DNA of 64,000 nt, taken from NCBI GenBank assembly GCA_048013815.1, contig CM106585.1:11656001-11720000 (forward strand), given 5' to 3'. Every line of letters starts with the position of its first letter. Position 1 is the stretch's first letter. Both the position numbers and the translations under genes were made by a program. Shown in pieces: positions 38,503 through 51,566 of this stretch. The notes beneath the pieces were generated by a model. That model had not been told where the DNA came from. It made no database searches and was given only the letters and a program-made list of their open reading frames with translations. Source of the DNA: Setoptus koraiensis (Eukaryota > Animalia > Arthropoda).

Positions 38503-41419
38503 TAGGTTTGCAGGGTTGGCGCGCTGGCGCAATGCGATGCCGCGGCGACGGGCCCGCCCGTTGCATCAGGTGGCCGCGCTGGCAAACTGGCGACAAATCC
38601 CTGTAACTACTGCTGCTTGTAATTGATTGAAACACACACTACTTATGGTAATATCGTGCTGCAACATTTAATTGTGCACTTGAGTGATACATTTTTCTGT
38701 CGCAACTCTTGCTGTCGCTGCTATCTCGTCGTGCGGTTGCTGTCGTTGCTGCTGTCGTTGCTGCTGTTGGCGTGGTTGCCGCTCGTGCCTCTATTGGCGT
38801 TTTGTGGGGCCCGCCGGCGAATTGTCACTCATTAATAAATCAGCAATGCTCAATTGTTATACGTGTCACGTTTTGGGGGCGCGTTGGTGCCGCGGGCGCC
38901 GTCGTCGTTGTCGTCGTAGTCGTTGTAGTCGTCGTCGTTGTAGTCGTCGTTGTGGTTGTGGCGGGCCCAAAAAAGAAAGCCCGAGCGCAGTTTTGTTGCA
39001 TAACGCGCGGCCGGCCAGTTTGTTTGGTCCGCTTCAATATTAAACTTTGAACAATGTTTGTCATTGACTCGAAATGGCTCATCACGAATTCATTGTCGGG
39101 CTTCTATTTTAAGCTTCGTGCTAAAGCAATGTGCTGCGCGTTTGTTGCGACGGGTGCGTCTTGCGGCCGGCCGGCCGGCCCGCCCGAAATAGCCGACTGA
39201 CCAGCGAGCGAGCGGCCGACCGACCGACCGACTGACTCACTGGCTCGCTAACTCGCTGACTCTATGACTCGATGACTCGCTGACCGACGGAATACGCTCC
39301 GGGCTGGCAAACAAACGATAACCTTAAACACTGTGTTGGCAAACACTCTTACTTTTGTCTCTCTCTCGTGTCGCTTGTGTGCCCGTACGTTACGTAATCC
39401 CTTAATGTGTTCTTCCTGGTTTTGGCCAGTGTTGGGTGCAATGGCGCCGTGTGTGATATATCGACATGACACAACTAGTTGACTTGTGTGCAACTCGCCT
39501 TGAATGGCAGCTTGTGTCGCCTCGATCGCGCACAAACAAACACGCAGCCACAAAACCAATTTAGCCCCACAACGACGACAGCAACAACGACAGCAACGAC
39601 AGCAACAACGACAGCAACAACGACAGCAACGACGACAGCAACAGCAGCGGCAACAGCAACAACAATATCGGCAAGACCCTTCGAGCAGCCATTAAAGCAA
39701 CATTGGCCAAGGATACGACAGCTTGGTGCCATTACGTTGTCGACGACGACGACAAACAATGGGCTCAACACTTTAAACGACGACACACATCAAATAAATA
39801 TCGTGCCACGGTCGTTCTGTCAACGAGCCATCCATGCAAGATATAAATACGAGCATAAATAAAGTAAATACAACAACAATTTTGGGCAATATCCAGGCTG
39901 CGTAATGAACATGCCATGTGACGGCATCAAATTTCAATTTGATGCCAAAAACAATACTAGCCTACTTATAACAATACACCCGTGAACAGGATGAAATTGA
40001 TCCCCATATTCAGTGTGTTTTTCCACTCTTCGAACACATTGACAACAATTAAAAACTCCAGATATACGTAAATATGCACCAGATATGTGCGTGCATGAGT
40101 CGTGAGCACCGAGCAAACGAAGCAAACGAGCCTCCTGCTCTATCATCATCAATTATATCTAGCCAATTAAGAAAATCATCTTTGCTCTTCATCATCCGCT
40201 GTCGCTCTGCTTGTGGATAGATGATGAAGCAAATGATTGTTGCATAAGACAGACGATAGATAAAATATAGTAAACGTCGGTCGGGATTTGCTCATCGTTT
40301 ATCGTTTGCTTGCTTGTGCTAAATTTAATTGTTGATCTTGTTGTAAATCTAGACCGAGCTCTAGTGCGCTCACTTTGACATTTGTAATAACTGTCTGTCC
40401 AATAATGTTTGTTTATTTCCTCTTGATGATGGATTCGCATCATTTCATGAGTCCATACATGCTCACTTACACCAGTTTGCTTGCTTGCCAGTGCCATATT
40501 CGGTTCGGTCAGGTTTCGACGACGCCACCCGCTTGGTGCCGTCAATCTTTGCTCTCGAACATCTCAGCTGATCTAATTGTAGCAATTAAATGAGAGCGAC
40601 ATTCAGCGCGAACTGTCCGCTCAATTTTCAAGCGCTGACCATTTTAGATTATTTTCACTCGTCGACAATCAACCAAGCAACCAAATGCCAGATAGTCCGG
40701 TCATTCGCTTCCAAGTTGCGTCGGTGCCCATGATTATTCATAGCCTAGCCAGTCCAACGGTTAACTGACAGTCGTTTGGTGCATGCTTCCGGAAGTGCTG
40801 GATCGGCGCAACCGCATAGTTCGCTTTGAAATATCCGTCAGATTCTTGACAACATCTCCGACGACTCGGAAAGGGGGCACTTAAACATCGCCTGCCCAAC
40901 CCTAACCTCGTCGCATGCTTGCTGACCACAACCATACCGGCGGCCATTATTCTGCGAACGATCTTTAGGCGAATCGAGCCGTGTGATTCGCAGTGTCAAA
41001 CTTGATTTAGGAGTGCCGTTGTGACTGATCCGACACTATTATACATATGTATTTTGATATCTTACAATTTAGATGTTCGGTATGCTATTAGAAATCACAG
41101 ATAAACACATTTATATGTGCTTTGTGACATAAATCACAAAATCAAATGTATACTCTTGTTTGTGAGAGGCAAACTGTCATTCGCTTGAAGGCGGCCCACT
41201 AGGCAGTGACGCCTCAAGTACTCGTCGAAAAATTGCTCGCTATTGTCCACGGATAATAATTCTAGCTCTGGGATCGTCTAGTTCGACTCAACTGTCGAAA
41301 CTCTCGCTCTATATGGTGCTTGTTCACCCAAATAATCTGTTGAAAATACAAGATCACGAAGAAAATTCAACCAATTTGTGTATATATATATATAAGCTTT
41401 TATTCATTCAACAAAAGTG

Positions 41420-42475
41420 CTAATCGACGCCAGACACTGCAGCAATCACTGCATACATTAGGAACACTATTCCACCCACTATAGTCACAATTCTGACAGA
41501 TATAATTTGAGCTATAACTCGGCCTGCCAAGACGGCTAAACCCGTGCAAATACAATGTCCTGTGAATGCACCTATTCCTACAGCAATCACATTCTCTCTT
41601 GCAGCCAATATAACTGTGCTAATTTGAGAACGATCGCCCCATTCTGCCACCAAGATCATTGTGAATGTCTCCAGGAATGCAAGCGAAACAAACTGTAATA
41701 GTTTTCTTTTGAGCTTGGTTCGTATTGGCACATATGTGATAGACTTTATAACACCAGTCTCAGGATCCTCCGAGGTATAATTCTATATTTCGAGGTGAAT
41801 GAAAACGAAAATGTTATTTTGTTTTGGATCAGTCAATTAGATATTCAGTAGAACAAGGAAGACAGATTTTACAATGATTTAATCACAACTCACCTTATTA
41901 TCACCATAATCACCGTACTCGCCTGAACTATATTTACTATTGTCCCTCTTGTCTAGACTCGATTGCACGGCGTCGTACTCTTCCTTAGCTCCATCGGGTG
42001 ACATATCATAACCTAATTGTTTCAGTGTTTTTGTTAACAAAGGAAGGATATAAATTAGAACTGAGCCTAACGGAGCGGCTCCAGATATGTGAGATATGAT
42101 AGTCGACTTACCCTCTTTGAGCATCTTAAGGCCAAACAATACAGAGAGTACTATTGCGGAGTAATGAATGTAGATTCTTGGAATGATAGTGGTAGCGGCT
42201 CCGACAACAGATGCGAGGGCCGTCATTAGACCGAGCGCTAACATGGCAGCTACGAAAACAACAATACGTGAGTTTTTCATCGCTAATATGGCTGCTATGA
42301 AAAACGTTTTATCACCCAATTCCGAGACCACTATCACTGATGTGGATGCTATGAAAGCATGAAGAATTTTCGAATTCACGTGTAGCCATGATGGTCCGAT
42401 ATCTTTAAGAGTATCAACTTGAACATCGGGGCCTATGTTATCCGAAATAGAATCATTAAATTGGTAAAAGTCCAT
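41420..42475 (-). CDS. TMEM165: TMEM165/GDT1 (UPF0016) Golgi Ca2+/Mn2+ transporter; exons 42475-42112, 42012-41894, 41782-41420
   Basis: Both family motifs are present (SELGDKTFF, AEWGDRSQ), with phase-consistent GT-AG introns. Confidence 0.92.
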
Positions 42476-42687
42476 CTTGAAGATTTAACTCTTTCGGTTG
42501 TTGTTTGTTGCTTCAATAAATTGCTTATAGTGACTGAATGACCGACTGTCCAATTTAGCTGGATGTGGAAGTGGCAGTTTGTAAGCACACTTAGTGAAAT
42601 GTAAAGTGTGATCAGAAAGCTGAGCGTTATCTTAGCTTCTCAGACCAAAGCTGAGAGACTGCAGTTTGCTGTTGTTTTTGTTGTTGT

Positions 42688-42695
42688 TATCGATA
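42688..42695. promoter_or_regulatory. DRE-like element TATCGATA upstream of TMEM165
   Basis: Exact TATCGATA ~210 nt upstream of the ATG. DRE is established for Drosophila housekeeping promoters; function here is inferred only. Confidence 0.3.
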
Positions 42696-44513
42696 ATAGT
42701 TTGTATATATCATATGTTGGTTAAAATATGATTTCTTTTCAAGATAGCTCTATCCTTTGAGGTGCATGTAGACTTCATGGCTGTGTATAGAATTTATAAT
42801 TCACTACAGTCTATGTTGATAAGTCTGTTTGTTTTGTTGGTGAACTCTTTGCTGATAAACGATCTAGTCTAGAGCTAGCTAGGTTCGTTGGGTCCCTCCT
42901 GTCTGTTATGTGAGATTGTAATAGTGGTAGCAGCCGATATTTATACTCTATGTCATTGGATAATATTGCATATGTAATAATTGGCTCACTATAAGTATGT
43001 AAACTAATTACTGTCTGACAAATAGGTGTGATTATTACTATTAGAAACTATTCAACATAAATGAATACGCGCCAACGATGATTTGCGTGTTTCTAAATAA
43101 TTGTTTGTATCGGTTTGAAGATAATTAGATAATTCATATCATAAGCGATAGATTGAATGTGTGCGCCAAATAACACGATATCGATTGATTGGTGATGATG
43201 CGGTTGTCAGTTGGCAATTAACATCGATTTGTAGTAGTGATGTGATGATGATGATGATGATGATTCGTGTATTGGTAATAATGGAGACTCGATATTTATG
43301 ATAGTCATTGTTACATAGCGATACGATACAATTAATTAGTGCCTTTGACACCGCACCGGGTTCATTGTGTGGAACTATTCCAATCTAATCTGGTCTAATT
43401 ACAGATTCCAATTAATAGCGACAAAAGAAGGCATACATAATGTTGGCGTTGTCCACGTAAATACATCTAACGACAGCTGGCTCGATTGAATAATATCTCC
43501 AATGATAATGCAATTGTAACAATAAGAGTTATCATGGTTAATTCGAGATGGACGGTGATCCTATGTAATAAATCCTAATTGGCTTGACAATAATTAACAA
43601 TTATTAATTGACGTTACGTCAAAGCGCGAGTACATGTGCCTTTCTCTAATACTGCAAGGCACCGACAATAATATAACATGTCAGAATCGCGGATGATTAC
43701 TTATTCAATTCAGTGTAGTCAGCCGGCTCAAACACAACTTCTGATCAATTTCTGCTGCACAGATTCTACAACTTATTCATGCTCATGCCTGTTCGTTCGT
43801 GATTTGTGGTCGCAATATGACACGCATATCCATCGTTCATCCAGCGCTTAAATATATTACATAGGTTCCTTTTGTTTTGACAATGCTTGATCGGAGGTGT
43901 TATTTTTATCATTCCACTATATGATCGGTTTGTTGGAAGAAGCCCACCGTTAAGCTCTCAAATCGTCCCACAAAGTTATATCGGTTACTAGGTTTGCTGC
44001 CGCTAACCATCCTATTGCGTGGACTTTTCACCTGTCACTCCAGGTAAAAGTTGCTCTCGAGAGACAGCGCCACTGACGGTACCTTCGATTGCCTTTTTCT
44101 CCCTCATACTAGAAACGGAAACATGAGAGAGATAATAGAAAAATAAACATGGAAATCGGATGAAGACGATCGTACGGAACTAAACTGTCTATCCATCTAG
44201 GGAAATAGATGGTGACCTGACAAACGACCCGACCATCGAGACTTTTCGTTCTCCTCGCTGTTTCGAATGGAGCTTGAGAGATTTAGGCGAGAAGAGGGTC
44301 ACAGTAGGGTGCGGAAACGATGAGATACAGATAATTTGAGTGAGTTAACTCAAAGGACAAAGGGGGTGAAGTTAAGATTAATTTTTTCTGTTTATTAGCA
44401 TTAACCTAAGTTGGACAATCTATTCTACCTAGATAACATTTTGCTAGATGTCGTCACGACACTCCAAATAATCACCACGAGCAAACGAAGACTGTCCGGT
44501 AGGTGCTAGCTCT

Positions 44514-45308
44514 CTAAACTGCCTCTTGTACGGGGGGCTCATACTTTTCAAATTTGTCCGGCCTATCCACTTTGAGCGATTTCTCTCCTCCTTCGGCGGA
44601 CTTGCCTTCGCCGTGCAAATCTAATAGCTTGGCAAGGTCAAATTTGGGCTTCTTTAGAACTTTAACTTTTCTAACCATAACATCGTGCATTGGATAGATT
44701 GATTGACATGATTTCTCAATGTCTTTACCAATGGAGTCTGGAATCAGTTTGTTAACTACTTCCTTAAGGTCAACCGATGCTACCTCCCTGTTCACAATGT
44801 CAACCATACGCTTTCTGATCATCCTCACTTGCTGACGTTGAGCGTAGCTGGTCTTTTTAACTTGATTGGGCATTCTCTTGGTGAAACCAATACAGAATAC
44901 TCTGAGGACGTAACCGTCTGTTGTTCTTACTAGTACGTCTGCCTCAATTAATGTTTGCCATTTCTTAACAACTGAGCGCAATTTGTCAGTGGTCAGATCC
45001 ATGCCGTGGAAATTAGTCAAGACAGTTTTGCCTTGAACCTCTTCTGCAATAAGACGATATTTCTTCGATGATACCTCATCGTTTTGTAGATCGGCCAGCG
45101 AGCATTCAAAGACGCGTCCTTTGAGTCCCTCGGAGGCAATACGAGTTCCCTGTGTCCTGTTAACCAGGGTTTTGCCGACATTCCTGACGGTGAACATAAC
45201 TGGAGCCTTGACATCGTACCATTCTTTACGTGTAAATGGGTCTACTACCTTCTTCTTAACTCCCTTTTTACCCGATTTGGCCAAACCTTTATTTTTTCCC
45301 ACCGCCAT
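44514..45308 (-). CDS. RPS3A: 40S ribosomal protein S3a (eS1), intronless CDS
   Basis: MAVGKNK...[14 protein letters not shown]...[14 protein letters not shown]...[16 protein letters not shown] is unmistakable. Confidence 0.98.
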   Translation of the reverse strand: MAVGKNKGLAKSGKKGVKKKVVDPFTRKEWYDVKAPVMFTVRNVGKTLVNRTQGTRIASEGLKGRVFECSLADLQNDEVSSKKYRLIAEEVQGKTVLTNFHGMDLTTDKLRSVVKKWQTLIEADVLVRTTDGYVLRVFCIGFTKRMPNQVKKTSYAQRQQVRMIRKRMVDIVNREVASVDLKEVVNKLIPDSIGKDIEKSCQSIYPMHDVMVRKVKVLKKPKFDLAKLLDLHGEGKSAEGGEKSLKVDRPDKFEKYEPPVQEAV

Positions 45309-46062
45309 TGTTATATGGTATAATTATAATTTTCGATAGTATAATTTAGATAATTGATGAGTTGTGTGTACTATTCTCTGCCTTCATGTAACTGTGATTA
45401 AATAATCCAATAAGCAGACTAACAGACTCTCTGGTGCAAATGAATTTGATAAATAACCTAAATGACGAACACAACCAAAGTGATTATCTGTACCGCACTG
45501 GAATTGTTCAGCAGGCACATGGACAACGAAGATCTTTGCTAACAGGCACATGCATCGACGGAAGTTTAAGTTGCCGCAACCGCTAGGTGGCGCGGTCAAA
45601 TTATGTTGGGCGCGCTATTCGAACTGGAGATTTTTTTTCTTTCTTTTCTAAACTCTTCTGTTCGATGATTTTTCGCAAACGAATACCCTCGCTCTATCAA
45701 CGGGACGGTTTTTCGAAAGCACTCCCATTTATCACCAGCGATACAGTGTGATATTCAAGTAATGCACTCGGTCTGCGTTGAGAAGCAGGCCGTTCAGGTG
45801 CCCAATGTTTAGTCGCGGTGCTGAACAATTGGGCGGCCCGTTGCTGTCGGCCCATTGTTGTACCCCATGTGGTAACCACGTTGTACGATTTTAATTACAC
45901 GACCTACAACGAAAGAGGATCCCAGTTTCTTTAAGTTTATAACTACAGCAAATCGGATAATATGATCAATCAGATGTCGTAAGCATAAGAAAATAATCCG
46001 GGATTGGATGCCCATTAAATAGAAGAAGTCATCGCCTTCTGACAACCCTCAAACGCACCACT

Positions 46063-47248
46063 ATGGCATCACAGGCTTCGTTTGGTCCCCTCAGAAACAT
46101 CGTGCGGCCTCTAAAACACTACAACTTGATCAATGAATCGATAGCTAAAAGGGTGGTGGAACGCATCGGCCCCATCGATTCCACCCTCATCGTTCCATAC
46201 AGTGACTATCCGGGCATATTGACAAAAACTCTACTAGGTTCCAAATTCAAAAAGCTTCTGCTAGGTGTGGCCAACAAGTCGGCGAAATCGGAGCTCGAGG
46301 TCAGTGCACAATTCATTTGGTTCACTCAATCTCGACCAAACTCAGGTCTATACCAATTCTCACCCACATCTAATAAAAAAAAATCCAATATCTCTCCCGT
46401 TTCTCTTATCATCACAACAGCACTATATTGAAACAAGCAAATTAAGACACAAAGTGGAGATACTACAACATGATATTCTAGCCAAATCTTACAATGTGCT
46501 CTGCGATGACGATCAAGATCTAATAAAAAAATCCCTCTCCGGGTGTTGTTTTGAGAAAGATTGGAAAAATCTCACAACTAACAAAATTATTGTTCCTCTC
46601 CTAAGATGTAAAACCGAGGCCTCTCTCTTCACCAGCCTTTTCTATCAGATGGCACACAGAAATGGACTACACGTGAATGGAAGAACGGAATTTTACATAT
46701 TTCTATCTGGTCGTCAATACTTATATTTGAATGCCAAACCGAGTGTCAATCTTAACCACTATCGCGGCTCGTCAATTTTATGCAAGACCGTATTCGACTT
46801 ACACCTGTTAGACAGTATGAATCTGAAAGATGCTTTTGATATTTCATTGAAGAGGATTCAGAATACGCAACTGGCTGCCGATCATCCGAGATCAGATGCA
46901 TACAATCAAGTGCACCTTGTAAAACTTACCCCCAAACCAGATGTCTTTGAGAGATTTAGTCCGAATACCCTGTTAGAATACCGATTCCTTGTCAGGCAAT
47001 GTATGCAATCGCGTACAGCATATATTATACTATTCATGGAACGATGGTTCCCCAATTGCCGAGGAGATTTGCTTAATCTCGGTTTCAACGAATCACAAAG
47101 ATTTGGTGATGTTTCATGTGATGATTTGTTGAGGCTGTACTCCTACGTTAGTTCCAGGCCAGATTATTACACGTCTACACTACACGCCGCTGCCTCTTCA
47201 ATTGAGGGCACCATCGAGGAGCTGGAGGAAGCCAGAATGATAATATAG
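46063..47248 (+). CDS. TFB2M: Mitochondrial transcription factor B-like (KsgA fold), probably TFB2M type; exons 46063-46299, 46421-47248
   Basis: HYNLINESIAK, YPGILTKTLL, GRTEFYIFLSGRQY and VHLVKLTPK resemble mtTFB. Phase-0 intron GAG|GTCAGT ... CAACAG|. The TFB1-versus-TFB2 call rests on the degenerate SAM motif. Confidence 0.65.
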
Positions 47249-48051
47249 TACTACAATATATACCTAGAGACTCCAATAGTAGACAGGTTGGCAGATCGAC
47301 AAGCAAGCGAGCGAATCGTTGTTGATCGATCGGCTTCATACTAGCATTATTGCGTTATGAGATTATTCTAACTATTTGTTTCCGTTTGACTTAAAAGTGT
47401 AGATTATATGCATCGATAATATCAAGCATTATTTTGCTATTTATACACGTACCTTAGTGTAACACAAATAAATTGTGCATCGTTGCATCATCGCAGTCAT
47501 GCAGCATTATATCGCACCAATTAAAGAAGTAGTCACGTGAAACTTGAAATCCGTCTATTGTCCGTCCAACAGAGCAAAAAATACACATTGTGCTTATGTG
47601 GGCACGCAACTGTCAATGTTCACACATATCTGAGAATAAAATAATGACAGACGACGGTGATTACGGACTTTTTGTGCTTGCCTTAAAAATGAGTTTATGC
47701 TGACGCAACCGATAAACAAATAAGATAGTATATTTGTTGCCGCATGCTGTATCGGGTTATTGTACTTCAAACTGACGATTGACTTGTGAATGATTGCAGT
47801 TGCACACCAGTTGACTCGTCGTTTGAAAAATTGAGCCAGCTCATCCGACAAAACTTCAGACAATGTTAGTCGACACGAGTGGAAGCTCGCAACAGCACCG
47901 TCGACAATAGAAAGCCAATAAGACACGTAAGCTGAAGCGAAAAGCACCACCGGGCGAGGCGGGTTCCCCTCGCCCGTCAAAGGAAGCTCTCAATTATGAG
48001 CGACACAAAAGCTCTATTAAAACTAAAACAGATCACCAGCAGACGGATCCC

Positions 48052-51000
48052 ATGACTTACGAACATTGCATAATCAACGTTGACGAACAGCAAGATCGTT
48101 CGGGACAGAGTAAAGGGAGAACCATAGTAGAGAGGCCCGTCAAGGCAAGCAAAAATATTAATAAATTATTGGGCGGGTTAAAAGTTTTGCCTCAAGATAT
48201 ATTTGATGGCGCACACAGATTCGACCAACTATCTTTTGTCTCGGCTATGAAGACAAAAGATATCAGTTTGCATAGAGCACACACAGCCAAGACAAGCTAT
48301 AATCTGCTCGGGCTTAAATTTTGGCCCATGGAAGGAGCCCGAAAAGAAATGCTGCCTTATTTCCAGCCAATGGTTATTGGACTGATCACTAGTGACGGTG
48401 TGAATTGTCACGAACTGAAAAGCTTGATGCCGCCAATTTTATTCAATCACTACGGAGCGATGAAAGTGGAAATTGTTCAACTGAGTGACACGATGAAGTT
48501 GGACGATAGCGATCATAAATTATATCGGAAATATATGCTCGTCTATTTGACGCGATGTTTCAAATTTAAAAATCTCAATATCGACACATTAAACTGCCCT
48601 TTTTATGTGGTGCCTCTCAAGAAAAGTCTGTCTAATGGCGCAACTGGTAAATTTGTAGTTGATCCGAGAATATTTATAGACGAGATGACAATGAGATATT
48701 CTTACCTAACGGACGACTCACACCGTAAAATTGAGCGCCATTACGTTGTTGTTAGATCGCCAAAAGTTATAAAAAACAAGAATAATGAAATAGACTTTTT
48801 CCTGGTGGACGAGGTGACTGATCTGAAGCCTCATTCGGATCATGTTGATATTAAAAATACAACGTTTGCAAATTTTTTTCAACTTAAGTACGGTTTGACA
48901 GACATAGAACCAAACCAAGCTATTTTCATGGTTAAACAGCTCGCGAGGGACACTGCAAATTTCACATGCTGCAAAAAAATGAATGCCGACACGAAAACAA
49001 AGCCTATTTATTTCCTAGAGGAAACCCTGGAATATTTTCACTCGGACCCCAATTTTCACCTTCAGTCGTTTTATCTGCCTCCTATTATGTTTCGCATCTT
49101 TCAGATGCAGGCCACTAAATTAATTTTGGATGATATCATGCAAGGCTCGGTAAGTTCTGCGGTGGTGCTGAGGTTGTTTTGCGCGGTTTATTTATCATCT
49201 TAAATGGTGAGTTTTGCGAGTGTCATGAGAAAGAAATTTTATCAGGATGCTGATTTACAGTGGATACTTTCTAGTGTTCCGGCGAAAAATGTATAATGCT
49301 CTCATGGTTTAAGCCACTCGGAGTTTAATCCACTCTCGTCCAATATTGGAAGAAACGGTCGAAATGCACGAAAGAGTTTCATTCCGGATGAAAGGGTTGC
49401 AAGCCCCACTCTCATCCGGAGAGAAACACTCGGGTTCGTCTCTTCCGTTTCATCCAGTTGGACGGAATCGTTGCAAGTGGTTTAAACCATAGACTTTCCA
49501 CCGGAACACTAGTGCGGGTCACCTCAGAGCATTCTCCTGGGGAATATCATCCATGCGAGTGATAACTGTAAATCAACATTCAAAATTTTTTTTTCTGCCA
49601 CTAGTAATACTCAAACGAGAGATAAAAATATACTGTGCATGGTACCCTAAGCACCAACATATAGTAGGCTGGACATTCCTAACAAATACTCTATATCGTC
49701 CATGAAGCCCATCCATCTCAACGGAAATAATGTACACCACCAAAAGAATGGGAACGACCAGAATCTATCGGGCATACCAACAACCGAAGTAAACGGGCAA
49801 GACGGGAAATTGTTGTCATCGAATGCTCCAATACTCAATGCCAGCCCTTCTATCGACCGCACAATCGTGGACAATATGAGATTCGACACATTTGAACAAA
49901 AGGTCCAGCAGCCGACTATTGAGCCAATGCTGACGGCTTTAACTCTGAAACGGGCCGGTGATTTATTCGATCTCGAGCGACACGAAAACGTAGGAGACTC
50001 TTTTCTCAAGCTTGTCACTGCCATATTCCTACACAACAGACTAGACCAAGGAGAGGGTGTACTTCATTTAGTGAGAACTAGACTGGTATCAAATGATGTG
50101 TTGTCCAGAATGTCGATGCGCAAAGGTTTGGGAACTTGGGCCGTAACAAGAACTTGTGATATCAAGTATTTGGGTTACTTGTTTGGAGATGTGCCCGCAG
50201 AGGAAAAGAAATTCGAGAACATATTGAAAGAGAAGGACTTGGCTGATATTTTCGAAGCAATTGTCGGATCTCAATTGATACACTTTGGCCCTGTTGCAGC
50301 TATGAGGGCGCTCCGTTGGCTGGGCCTACGCTTACAGGATGACTCGGAACTCATGGCAATGGAGTCAAATAATCAAAAGATAACGATAAAAAATGACAAT
50401 TTGATCGAGAGAGAAGCCAACACAGGAGAGGAATTGTTTTGTAAAATGAAAAATTTCGAGATGATAATAGATTATAATTTTAAGACAAAAAACTATTTAT
50501 TGCAAGCATTTAGTAGGGAATGCAATCCAATTACAATTAAATCCTACGAGCGCTTGGAATTTTTAGGAGACGCCATTTTAGATTATCTTGTCACTCGTCA
50601 TATATTTAATCATGGCGACAAGTCATTCAAACCAGGTGAAATAACAACTATCAGGGAGGCCATAGTGAACAATAGCTCATTTGCCAAATTGGCCATAAAG
50701 CACAATTTTGATGTTTACATTATTCATTGTCAGCAAAAATTGCGCGATCAATTAAACAGAATGAGATCAATTGTGAATGATCTCACTGACAGTGATCGTG
50801 ATGCGGGCCTAGAGGATTTGCTTCGATCTGACGAGACCTTGCACCTAAATGTGCTAGCTGACGTCTTCGAGTCAGTTGCCGGGGCAATATTTCTCGATTC
50901 GGGTAGCTCGCTGGATACTGTCTGGTCGATATATTATCCTATTTTAAAGGACACAATCGATAAGGAGCTACGCGAGCCAACAATAAATCCAGTGAGAAGA

Positions 51001-51303
51001 TTGCACGAATTATATACGGCTCACGGATTGGTAGATTTTAGAGAGCAGCGCCAAGTGGAAGAGAACGAGAACCAAAAGAGGACCCTGTGCGTAATCAATG
51101 GTGTGGGCGAATACATGGGTATTGGTCGTAATTTCCGGCAAGCAAAGTACAACGCGGCGCTAATGGCCCTGAAAGAGAGGCCGTCCGACGAGAAGATAGC
51201 CGAAATAAATGGTATTTCAAAGAATAAAACGAAAATCAAAAATGGAAATGGCAAGAAATGTGATGCGGCAACCACGACGCCGGCCGACTCCGTGCCATGC
51301 TGA
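48052..51303 (+). CDS. Dcr: Dicer (platform-PAZ-RNase IIIa-RNase IIIb-dsRBD), no helicase detected; main exons 48052-49149 and ~49665/49702-51303
   Basis: PAZ-like TFANFFQLKYG...NQAIF. RIIIa ERHENVGDSFLK / ADIFEAIVG; RIIIb YERLEFLGDAILDY / ADVFESVAGAIF; C-terminal dsRBD. The exact splice path across 49150-49700 and the 5-prime start are unresolved. Confidence 0.9.
49161..49657 (+). other. ~500-nt imperfect nested inverted repeat (fold-back) filling the Dicer intron
   Basis: At least seven nested complementary blocks share a centre near 49390-49415 (listed in findings). Confidence 0.88.
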
Positions 51304-51566
51304 GAAGGAGCATGGATGGAGCTGAAAAGTTCCTAAATAGCCTCAAGGTTTCTATTGAATCTCGGATTTTATATATAATATAATTTTATATATAATATAA
51401 TTTTATACAGTATACATTTGGATGCAAGCCATCAAAAAAAAACTCTGCCTTGTTATTAAGGGATAACCGATTTACAGTTATTTTATTTACATTGAAAAAT
51501 TTTGGACTGAACACGTTTTGTTGGGTATAGCTTGTGAACGAGGTTAATTATTGTGACCATCATCTA

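Noticed and set aside
40901-40908. CCTAACCT as a TTAGG telomerase-RNA template
   Set aside because: An 8-mer is expected about twice by chance across both strands of 64 kb; no supporting structure seen.
39934-40947. Possible minus-strand multi-exon gene starting MAAGMVVVSKHATRLGLGRRCLS (transit-peptide-like)
   Set aside because: A phase-consistent chain can be drawn in several ways, and none gives a recognisable product.
43893-44340. Structured ncRNA (7SK, RNase MRP or snoRNA-like) downstream of RPS3A
   Set aside because: Only short hairpins (e.g. CCATCTA/TAGATGG); no diagnostic conserved motif recognised. An Infernal/Rfam scan would settle it.
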